A DNA stretch of 64,000 nucleotides from a virus: the IMG/VR virus record IMGVR_UViG_3300028384_000673, positions 45,352 to 109,351 of that record; one strand, given 5' to 3'. Within the stretch, counting starts at the first letter, position 1, and each line of letters opens with the position of its first letter. Shown in pieces: positions 45,354-54,900 of this stretch. The position numbers were made by a program, and so were the translations under genes. The notes under the pieces were generated by a model that was not told the origin of the DNA, made no database searches, and saw nothing but the letters and a program-made list of their open reading frames with translations.

Positions 45354-46955
45354 ATGAGCGGAACTGCTACTTATAATCAGGCAACACGTATCATTGACGT
45401 GGCAGCGAATGGTCTTCCCACTCCTGTCACCAGTGGTACGTTTCCTAATGCCGACAATACCAATCAGGTAACCGAGCAAGATTTTGATCATGACTTTTAT
45501 TATAGAGGTGGTACATTTGGTACTACCAGAACATTTGATGACAATACATTCTCCCAGGCTGGATTCTTAATTCAGATTCCTTTGTCTGTTGCAGATAACA
45601 CTTTACTTGGGTCTTCTATCCAAGTTGGTGATCGTATTCTTTTTGTATTTGACTCTGGAACTGCTAACGAAAGAAAACAAGTATTCATTTATAAAGGAAC
45701 TGAGCAGACTGCAACTGCTGGTGAGTTCTGGCGTGCAACTGATCAATACCTAGAATTAGTTGTTGATTATTCACGAGAACATAGTGGAACATATGATTAT
45801 TTTGATCAAAGAAATGCTAGAAACGCTACACCACTAGGTGCAGTTGGTATTGCTGCTAACGGTGTAGTCTTCTTTAATCCTTCTGCTGGATCTGGCGGCA
45901 ACCCTCCTACCAGTTTTACTTGGTTGGCACCGTTTGCTGATGCTCACGATCCTGTTGATTTTGGTGAAGATAACTGTGGTGGATATCCAGAGATTACTGG
46001 ACAGTATCATTACCATACCAGTGACTTTTTGGGTTGTTGGACAAATGATGCTGTTATGGCAACTTATAATGATTACTTTGGTTCCTCTCAGTTCAATGGA
46101 GACAATCTAAGGCATCCAGACGGGCACTCAAAGGTGTTGGGGATTGCTTTTGATGGTTTCCCCATCTACGGACCTTATTTGTATAGTGACCCTTGGAGTA
46201 ATGCCAGTAATATAGGTCGTGCAACTTCTTCATACAGAATCAAATCTGAGGAGACTGCCAATAGACCAGACTACGGAACTACTGCTCAGAATCCTCCTGC
46301 TGGATCTTTGATGCAGGACTGGGAATATAGTGAATCACTTGGGAATATGGATTCCCATAACGGTAGGTTCTGTGTTACACCAGAATATCCTGATGGCACT
46401 TATGCATACTTTCTCACCACGACCGTAGATAGTGAGCAGAATCTAGTTCCTGCTTTCCCATATATTATTGGGTTAACTGCCAGAGAAACGTTCGATCAAC
46501 CTGCTAATAATGGTGCCAGAGCACCACAGACTGATAGTGGTGATGGTGGTGGTGGTAATGTTGCACCTGCAACTATTCAGATCACTGCACAACCACAGAA
46601 TGCTTCTGTCAACTCTGGAAACAGTGTCACCTTCTCGGTTACTTCTACCATTATTCCAGAAGACGGGGCTAAGTCTTATCAGTGGTATAGATCCACTGAC
46701 GGTGGTTTCTCGTTTGCAGTTCTTACTGGTGCAACCAGCGCCAGTTACACCTTTACCGCTCTAAGTTACATGACGGGATATAAGTTCCGTTGTGAAATTA
46801 GAGGACCTATTGGTGATACTGCTGCAACAAACTCTCCTCTGGAAACTGAGATTGCAACCCTCACCGTAACTGGATTCTCTGGTGGAACCGCAGAGAATTT
46901 CGACTCCACCAATGTGAAACTTGACAGCACAACTGTCCGTTTTGATGCAACATAA
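45354..46955 (+). CDS. YHYH-domain virion protein with a C-terminal Ig-like domain (533 aa)
   Basis: LGAVGIAANGV, GQYHYH, HSKVLGIAFDGFPIYGPY, NGRFCVTPEYPDGTYAYF, then QPQNASV..YQWYRS. Confidence 0.8.
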   Translation: MSGTATYNQATRIIDVAANGLPTPVTSGTFPNADNTNQVTEQDFDHDFYYRGGTFGTTRTFDDNTFSQAGFLIQIPLSVADNTLLGSSIQVGDRILFVFDSGTANERKQVFIYKGTEQTATAGEFWRATDQYLELVVDYSREHSGTYDYFDQRNARNATPLGAVGIAANGVVFFNPSAGSGGNPPTSFTWLAPFADAHDPVDFGEDNCGGYPEITGQYHYHTSDFLGCWTNDAVMATYNDYFGSSQFNGDNLRHPDGHSKVLGIAFDGFPIYGPYLYSDPWSNASNIGRATSSYRIKSEETANRPDYGTTAQNPPAGSLMQDWEYSESLGNMDSHNGRFCVTPEYPDGTYAYFLTTTVDSEQNLVPAFPYIIGLTARETFDQPANNGARAPQTDSGDGGGGNVAPATIQITAQPQNASVNSGNSVTFSVTSTIIPEDGAKSYQWYRSTDGGFSFAVLTGATSASYTFTALSYMTGYKFRCEIRGPIGDTAATNSPLETEIATLTVTGFSGGTAENFDSTNVKLDSTTVRFDAT

Positions 46956-46958
46956 ATA
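46951..46958 (+). promoter_or_regulatory. T4-type late promoter
   Basis: CATAAATA, 22 nt before ATG 46981. Confidence 0.6.
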
Positions 46959-46980
46959 ACACTGTACAAACTGTAAGAAC

Positions 46981-48462
46981 ATGGCAAAACAAGGTATTGG
47001 TATTGGTTCTTCGGCGAATGACGGCACTGGCGATACTCTTCGTGATGGTGCTATCAAAGTCAACGCCAACTTTGACGAACTGTACGACAAGCTTGGCGAC
47101 CAAACTAATATCCTGTTTGATGTTGCTTCTGCTACTGAGGGACAGGTTCTCAAATGGAGTGCTTCACCCTCTGGTGCGTTCAGAGCAGGTAACTTCGATC
47201 TGCTTACTGGCAACTTAGACACCAACGGTAACGACATCGTATCTGATGGTACTGATGATATCGTCATCCATCAAACTGGTACTGGTGATATCAAATTGTG
47301 GGGTGGTGGATCTGGTTCTGCATACACCTATATTGATGGTGATGATGGATACCTCAAATGGTATGCACCATATGCTGAACTCGTAGATCTTCCCGATGCA
47401 AGCAATCATCATGGTATGTTTGCTCATGTCCATGGCACTGGAAAAGGATATGTTGCTCACAATGCTCAGTGGATCCCTCTGGTAGATGAAACCCAAAGCA
47501 TTTCTGTTCTTTCTGATGTAGACACCACAGTAAATGGTGGACCTTCTGATGGTCAGGTTCTGAAATGGGTTGCTGCTAATAGCAAATGGGAACCTGCCAA
47601 CGATGAGCAAGGAACTGGTGGTGAAGGTGGCACCACACAGAATCTTTTCGAGACTGTTAATGCCGATACTGGTACTACTACTGCTTCTGCTGCTAATGAT
47701 ACCCTCATTATTGCAGGCGGCACTAACATCTCCACTACTCTTAGTGGTGATACTCTTACTATTGATATGACAGGCACCTTGGGTGACCTGAACCAGAATG
47801 TATTCACTACCCTCGGTGCTGACAATGGCACTACTACTGCAACTACGACTACTGACAGTCTGACATTCACTGGTGGAACTGGTATTACTACCAACCTGAA
47901 TGCTGGTGCTATTACTATCACTAACGATTCACCAAACGTAGTTCAAAATGTCCTCCAAAGTCTTGCAGGAGACACTGGTTCGTATACTGCTAACGCCGCT
48001 GATTCTTCTGTCACGATTGCTGGTGGCACTGGGATCACTACTGCGGTATCTGGGTCAACGCTTACTATTACTAACACTGTCGCTTTACCCAGTATCAACG
48101 AAGGACAGTCCCTCATTCGGGGAGCATCTGCATATGAAGGAGTAGCATCTCCTACTCTGAGTTATGACTTCACTGCTGCTGACAGCAGTAACTACACAGT
48201 TAATGGTCCTGGTATTAGTAGTGCAACAGATCCTACAATCTATGTGTATCGTGGATTCACATACAGATTCAACAATGAAACTGGCGCATCCCACCCACTA
48301 GAAATTAGAGTTTCTAATGGTGGTGCTCAGATTAGTGGAACCTCAGGTTCTATCACTGGTGTCCAGTATTGGACAGTCCCACAGAGTCTTGCTGCTGGCA
48401 CAACATATGTGTATCAGTGCAACATTCACTCGTCTATGGTCGGCAATATCGTAGTGGTCTAA
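46981..48462 (+). CDS. Baseplate/fibre-connector protein with a gp9/gp10-like N-terminus and a C-terminal cupredoxin-like domain
   Basis: MAKQGIGIGSSANDGTGDTLRDGAIKVNANFDELY at the start, Thr/Gly-rich repeats, then HPLEIR...YQCNIHSSMVGNIVV at the end. Confidence 0.78.
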   Translation: MAKQGIGIGSSANDGTGDTLRDGAIKVNANFDELYDKLGDQTNILFDVASATEGQVLKWSASPSGAFRAGNFDLLTGNLDTNGNDIVSDGTDDIVIHQTGTGDIKLWGGGSGSAYTYIDGDDGYLKWYAPYAELVDLPDASNHHGMFAHVHGTGKGYVAHNAQWIPLVDETQSISVLSDVDTTVNGGPSDGQVLKWVAANSKWEPANDEQGTGGEGGTTQNLFETVNADTGTTTASAANDTLIIAGGTNISTTLSGDTLTIDMTGTLGDLNQNVFTTLGADNGTTTATTTTDSLTFTGGTGITTNLNAGAITITNDSPNVVQNVLQSLAGDTGSYTANAADSSVTIAGGTGITTAVSGSTLTITNTVALPSINEGQSLIRGASAYEGVASPTLSYDFTAADSSNYTVNGPGISSATDPTIYVYRGFTYRFNNETGASHPLEIRVSNGGAQISGTSGSITGVQYWTVPQSLAAGTTYVYQCNIHSSMVGNIVVV

Positions 48463-50348
48463 TGCCAAGAACAGTTCCTGGAAGTGGTGCAGCAATTCGT
48501 CCCGTATTCAATAGTGTATACGGTGTAAAGGACGTAATCGTAACAAATGGTGGTAGTGGTTATAGTGCTGCTGATCCACCAAGATTGACTATTGGTAATT
48601 GTGGCACTCCTATCCGAGATGCTGTTTTGAGAGCAAACATTGCAGACAATGGAGAGATTTTGTCTGTTGATGTTATTGATCCTGGTGAGGGTTATAACCC
48701 ATTACGTATTGTTATTGAATCAGATGAAAGTAATATTACTGATGCCAAAGCAAACATTATTCTTTGGGAACAAGATCAAGTAGATACTGGCGGTAATATT
48801 ATTGCTCCTGCTGGATCTGTTAACTATATTCAGGTTACTCAACCTGGTGATGGTTACTTTACTGCCACTGCACGATTAGAAGGTGGTGGTGGATCTGGTG
48901 CTGAACTTGTTCCAACCACAGGACAAGTTACTGGTCTTTCTGTTGAGAATAACGGTAGAAATTATACAAAAGAAGACGTTACTCTGGTTATTTCAGGTGG
49001 CGGTGGACAAAACGCTACTGGTGTTTGTGAAGTAAATCAGTTTGGTAGTATTGAGAATATCAATATCAGCAATGCTGGTGAATTCTTTGAGACTCCCCCT
49101 TTGATTCAAATCATTGGTGGTGGTGGATCTGGTGCTCAGGCAGAAGCGACTATTCGTTTAGGTAGAATTGAAGAAATCAATATCCTTAATAAAGGTGGTG
49201 GATATACATCACCCCCTCAGGTAATCTTCACAAGAGATACCAATTTGATTCGAGCACAGAGAAATAGAACTTCTCTTGTTTCTGATTTATATAATCTAAC
49301 TGCTCTTGCTAGGGATTCAACGGCAACCGACACTACTGTGTATGTAGAAACAACAGCAGCGTTTCCTGGTTCTGGTAAGTTTCAAATCGGTAGAGAGATT
49401 GTCAGGTACACTGGTAAAACTCCTATCTCTTTCACTGGTTGTGATAGAGGTATTAACTTCCGTTACGACCAGAGAGTGATTCTTGATTCTCTTGCCAATG
49501 ATCCTGGTACTGGTGAGTCTAGATATAACTTCACGGTATCTGATCGTATTAGAAGAGTTCAAGAAGATTCTTCTAATAAAGTTGCTATTGTTTATGACTG
49601 GCGACCAATAACAAGAGAATTGTTCTTGATTTTCCAAGTTGATGAACTTGCATTCATCGATGGTGGTAGATCTAATGAGAGCACCGCTGTTATTCAATTT
49701 ATTGCTGGTACATCAGCATCATCTGGAACTGGTGAATCTCCACACGTCTTGGTTGCAGATGAAGATTCTAGTATCGTAACTTTTGAATATCCTCTCAGCA
49801 CTCTTGAAGGATTCCGTTTTGAAGATAATGATGAACTAGATGGTGCAGGTGACGGTATTATCGACCTGGTAAATACTGATACCGAATTTGCAAATGAAAT
49901 TAATTTGGATGGTGGTATTGCATCATCTACTTATGGTATTGAAGAGACTATTGGTGGTCAGAACACCACCTTGTTCCAACAGGGTGATGAAATTTATGAT
50001 TCCAGTCTTGTTCCTTTGACTGCATCAATTAATACTGCTGGCGCTCTCGATGATGGTGTTGAGCATGTTGCAACTAGTACGATAAAACTAGATAATCATG
50101 CTGGTGGCAATTTCTCCATCGATGAGACCGTTACTGGAAGTGATAGTGGCGTTACTGCAACGGTTGCTGAAATTCAAAGTGCAGCAGATACATTTGGATA
50201 CAAATACTTGAAGGTGAAGAACATCACCAACAACGGCACTAATTACAAATTTACAACAGCAGATACCATCACTGGTGGAACGTCTGGTGCTAATGGAGAG
50301 TTTGTTTCGCAAGAATATACTAATCTTGTCAGAACCGAACCTGAATAA
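48462..50348 (+). CDS. Virion structural protein (628 aa) with GSGY/GGGGSGA repeats
   Basis: ATG 48462 overlaps the upstream stop (TAATG); the repeats resemble those in the gp7-like protein. Confidence 0.75.
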   Translation: MPRTVPGSGAAIRPVFNSVYGVKDVIVTNGGSGYSAADPPRLTIGNCGTPIRDAVLRANIADNGEILSVDVIDPGEGYNPLRIVIESDESNITDAKANIILWEQDQVDTGGNIIAPAGSVNYIQVTQPGDGYFTATARLEGGGGSGAELVPTTGQVTGLSVENNGRNYTKEDVTLVISGGGGQNATGVCEVNQFGSIENINISNAGEFFETPPLIQIIGGGGSGAQAEATIRLGRIEEINILNKGGGYTSPPQVIFTRDTNLIRAQRNRTSLVSDLYNLTALARDSTATDTTVYVETTAAFPGSGKFQIGREIVRYTGKTPISFTGCDRGINFRYDQRVILDSLANDPGTGESRYNFTVSDRIRRVQEDSSNKVAIVYDWRPITRELFLIFQVDELAFIDGGRSNESTAVIQFIAGTSASSGTGESPHVLVADEDSSIVTFEYPLSTLEGFRFEDNDELDGAGDGIIDLVNTDTEFANEINLDGGIASSTYGIEETIGGQNTTLFQQGDEIYDSSLVPLTASINTAGALDDGVEHVATSTIKLDNHAGGNFSIDETVTGSDSGVTATVAEIQSAADTFGYKYLKVKNITNNGTNYKFTTADTITGGTSGANGEFVSQEYTNLVRTEPE

Positions 50349-50352
50349 TCAA

Positions 50353-50360
50353 CATAAATA
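50353..50360 (+). promoter_or_regulatory. T4-type late promoter
   Basis: CATAAATA, 22 nt before the gp8 ATG. Confidence 0.62.
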
Positions 50361-50382
50361 AAAAGAAGGTAATTTCTAAAAG

Positions 50383-51918
50383 ATGGCACTTCTCACCGAC
50401 CAATTTAGGATTTTTACTGCGAAGCGATTTATTAAGTCGTTGGAGGGTGCCAACCCTACGCAGTCTGACCTGGATGCAGGAACCAGTAGAGATCGACTGT
50501 ATGTGTTTATCGGTCGTCCCCAAGAATGGGACAACGAGAACGCTGCACCGACCCCCGTGGACTCTTCTCAGGAGTTCAGTGATACCTTTGCTGACATGAT
50601 CTCTCTGAAACGTGTTCTTGCAAATGACACGGTTCAGGTAATTCGTCGTATTGACTGGACTCCCCCAGAGCAAACCACTGGTGGTTTGGGTTATGTCTAT
50701 GACATGTATCGTCATGACTATTCTTCTACTAAGACTGCATCTTCTGGTGCTACGAAACTTTACGACGCAGACTTCTACGTTGTAAACTCTCAGTATCAGG
50801 TTTATAAGTGCATCTATAACGGTACTAGTCCTAGTGATCCCAACGGTAAACCTTCGACCGTTGAACCTACTGGTACTTCTACTTCTATTATTACTACTTC
50901 TGATGGTTATCGTTGGAAGTATCTGTATACGATCCCTGTGGGTCAGGTGTTGAAGTTCTTCTCGAACGATTATATGCCTGTGCTCAGTGATGTTGCAGTG
51001 ACTGGTGATGCTGTCGGTGGTGAGATCGACACTGTGGTTATTCAGTCTTCTGGTACTGGTTATAACAACGGCACATATGAAAACGTACCCATCAAGGGTG
51101 ACGGTGTTGGTGGTCGTGTTTCACTAGTGGTTGATGGTGGTAAAGTTGTTTCCGCTACTGTAACTTCTGGTGGTTCTGGTTACAACTTCGGTAAGGTAGT
51201 TATTGATGAAGTCAACGGTATTGGTGCTGGTACAGGTACTGGTGCTGCCATTGACGTTATCATTCCTCCCGACACTGGTCATGGTTCTGACCCACAGAAA
51301 GAACTTGGTGGTTACCGTGTGATGATCAATACGAAGTTCACCTACGACGAAGGTTCAGGTGACTTCCCAACTGATAATGATTATCGTCGTATTGGTCTGG
51401 TGATCAACCCCAATCAGTATGGCACGACAGAACTGACATCTGCTATTACACTGTCTGCCACAAAAGCAGTTATCTTCTCCCCCACGTTTACTGGTCAGTT
51501 CCAAACTGATGAGATTATCACTCAGTCTAGAACTGTGGGTGGTCAGCAAGTAACCGCTCGTGGTCGTGTAATCTCTTGGAACTCGACAACCAAAGTCCTG
51601 AAATTCTATCAAAATAGAATTGATGGTGTGTTCCCTGAGATTACTGGTAACCTCACAGAATTTGAAGGTGGTAACCCAGTTACTGGTTCTACCTCAGGTA
51701 CTTCTGCCGACCCTGACATCAACTTCCCTGTTGTGTCTGGTGTTTCTACTCGTGTTATCAACAACACTGAGTATGACCTCGGTATGTCGTTTACTAATGG
51801 TTATGCAAAACCAGAGATCCAACCGAACTCTGGCGAGATCATCTATATAGATAACAGAGGCGCGATTTCTCGTGCTGGTGACCAAATTGAAGACATCAAG
51901 ATCGTAATCGAGTTCTAA
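50383..51918 (+). CDS. gp8: Baseplate wedge subunit gp8
   Basis: LYVFIGRPQEW, YDMYRHDYS, FYVVNSQYQVYKCIYN, DGYRWKYLYTI, NDYRRIGLV and GEIIYIDNR. Confidence 0.9.
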   Translation: MALLTDQFRIFTAKRFIKSLEGANPTQSDLDAGTSRDRLYVFIGRPQEWDNENAAPTPVDSSQEFSDTFADMISLKRVLANDTVQVIRRIDWTPPEQTTGGLGYVYDMYRHDYSSTKTASSGATKLYDADFYVVNSQYQVYKCIYNGTSPSDPNGKPSTVEPTGTSTSIITTSDGYRWKYLYTIPVGQVLKFFSNDYMPVLSDVAVTGDAVGGEIDTVVIQSSGTGYNNGTYENVPIKGDGVGGRVSLVVDGGKVVSATVTSGGSGYNFGKVVIDEVNGIGAGTGTGAAIDVIIPPDTGHGSDPQKELGGYRVMINTKFTYDEGSGDFPTDNDYRRIGLVINPNQYGTTELTSAITLSATKAVIFSPTFTGQFQTDEIITQSRTVGGQQVTARGRVISWNSTTKVLKFYQNRIDGVFPEITGNLTEFEGGNPVTGSTSGTSADPDINFPVVSGVSTRVINNTEYDLGMSFTNGYAKPEIQPNSGEIIYIDNRGAISRAGDQIEDIKIVIEF

Positions 51919-51921
51919 GAG

Positions 51922-54900
51922 ATGCCCCAGAATACCAATCTAAACATTGCTCCTTATTTCGACGATTTCGATAAGGACAAGAATTTCTACCGAGTTCTCT
52001 TCCGTCCTGGATATCCTATTCAGGCAAGAGAACTTACGACCATGCAGTCGATCTTGCAGAATCAGATCGAAGCAATGGGACAGCACCTCTTCAAAGAGGG
52101 TGCGATGGTCATCCCTGGTCAGGTCGGTTACGATCTTAACGTTGACTGTATTCTTATTCAGCAGTCTTTCTTGGGTGTTGACGTTGAGACATATCGTACT
52201 CAACTGACTGGTAAGATTGTTGAAGGTCTCACCACAGGTATTAAGGCAAAGGTTCTTTATTCGATCCCTGCTACTACTAGTAGTCGTGGTTATGTCACGT
52301 TCTATATCAAATATGTAGAGTCTGGTGACACTACTTCTGATGTAACGACTAAGAAATTCCAAAACAACGAACAGTTGATTGCCGAAGATGAGATCACGTT
52401 CGGCAATAGTTTGATTGAGATTGGTTCACCTTTTGCTCAACTTCTCCCAGTAAACTCTACTGAGATTGGTTCTACTGCTTATATCAGCGAAGGTGTCTAC
52501 TTTATCCGTGGTCACTTTGTTGATATCCAGTCTGCATATATTATCCTTGAACAGTACGACAACAACCCAAGTTACAGAGTTGGATTTGAAGTTAGCGAAT
52601 CAATTATCACACCAGAGGATGATCCGTCACTTACGGACAATGCCATTGGTTCGTCCAACTACTCTGCTCCTGGTGCTCACCGATTCAGAATCAAGACACA
52701 ACTTGTTAAGAAGCCAATCGATGACGACACTGACAAAAACTTCATCGAACTGCTTCGCATCAGGAACTCGACTGTTGAGAACTTTGTTGACCGTACGGAA
52801 TATAACGAGATCGAAAAGTCGATTGCTCGTAGAACGTTTGAGACACATGGCGACTATGTTGTCGATACCTTCGATGTTCGTGCAAGAGAGCACCTGAACG
52901 ATCAATTTAATAACGGTGTATATCTACCTGGTGATACTTCACCTGCTGGACAAGTTGCTTCTGAGAACTATTGCGCTCTTGAAGTTGGTCCTGGTAAGGC
53001 ATATGTAAAAGGTTATAGAACTTCTCTGCTTGCATCGACTTATGTCGATTCACCCAAACCACGTACATTCGTTGGACGTAACAACCAGATTATTCCTATT
53101 GACCTCTCTCAAAATGTCGAAGTATATGACATCTGGGGTTGGCCAAGAATCTCTGGTGAGGGTGTTACTCATTGTTATCAGGTAGTTGACCTGAGAGACA
53201 ACTGGTTGGGAACTGGTGCTTCTAATACTGCTCAGGGTAACCTGATTGGTAAGGCAAGAGTTGTACAACTAGAAAAGGACGGGAGTAAGTATAATTTGTT
53301 CCTGTTTGATATGCAGATGTTTACTGCTATCAACTTTGCATCTTCCCAAAGTCTCATTGATGGTGAAGTTATCGTTGGTCGTTCTTCTGGTGCCAGAGGT
53401 TATGTCCATTCTGCAACTGCCGATTATGCCATGCTGCACCAGGTATCTGGTCGGTTCCAAGTTGGTGAAGTCATTGAGCGTGACGGTCGTGTTCTTGATA
53501 CTTGTAGTGCAGTCTATACTTATGAACAGTCTGATGTTCGCCAGGTTGTTGGTTACGACACCCCAACTGGTAGCACTGTAATCTTTACTGCATCTCTTGC
53601 CCTTAACGAGTCTGTTGCACTCTCAGGTAAGACTATTACTGTCGATAAAGCGAATGACATTACTGGTTTCGGTACTGCTTTTGCTGCTGATCTTCGCCCA
53701 GGTGATGTTATCTCCCCTGTTGCAACTGACAACAAAGGTTCTACTTCACTTCGTGTAACCAGAATCGATGCAACTAATATCGGTTACACTACTAGCAATA
53801 GAAAGACTTCTGGCACTACCGCTGTATTTGACTTCGGTTTACAAGAAGCAAAACTGGATAGTAGTTTGGAAAAGAATGGTGCTTCCATTTCTAACTCAGA
53901 GTTCCCTGCTACTCAGTTTGCTCGTCTCCGTCCAGTATTCAATCAGAAGAACACCAGAGATGGTGAACTGGTTATTGATATGCCTAAGAAGGCAATCAAG
54001 TCTATTTCTGATGAATCCTTCGTTTCCATGAGAACGTTTGCTAATAAGCAACTGTCTTCTGGTGACGTTTCTTTCACTCTGCCTGAAAATGAACAGTTCA
54101 CCACTCTTGATGGTGAGAACTATATCCTGACTATTGAGACTGGTTCTAATACCAATACTGGTTATGGTTGGAATCCTGGTACTGTTCTAGATATCGAAGC
54201 AGAATCTGAAAAACAAACTCCTACAATTACTGTTACTTTCGGTGCAAACCGTCAGTCCCTTCAAGTCACGGGTATAAATGGTGGCAGCGGCGGCACTGCT
54301 AATATCTCACGAGTCACTCTTACTGCTGCTGTTTCTGTGAACACAGTATCTAAGAAGATTAAGACTGCCGCCAAAATGCGTACGATGAAAGTGATTCGTA
54401 CCAGAAATCAGAATGACGTTCTGAACTATGGTCTGTCTTATGGTAACCTCTATGGTACTCGTATTGAGGACGAAGAGATTTCTTTTGCTCTGAACGACGT
54501 GTATAAACTGCACGCTGTGTATGAGTCTGAGGATGAAAACGATGCCCAAGTTCCTTATCTGACTCTGACTGAAAACGTATTCTTTGACAACGGTTCTGTT
54601 ATTGTCGGTAGAACTTCCAATGCCAGAGGACGTGTTGTATCTTTCAACTCAAATAACAATAGACTGTTTATTGTCCCACTGTCTGCTGAGTTCTTCCAGA
54701 CTGGTGAAACTATCGACGGTTTTGACGATGACTTGAACAAACTGGTTGGTGTCATTGAAGATGGTGATGGTTCTATCGAGAAAGGTTCTAGGGATATTAC
54801 TGGTAACTTTACTCTCGATGCAAACATTACACCTTACTATTATGGTGTATCCAAGGTACTCCGTAAACCTGGTACTTCGGAACCCAAACGTAAGTTGGCG

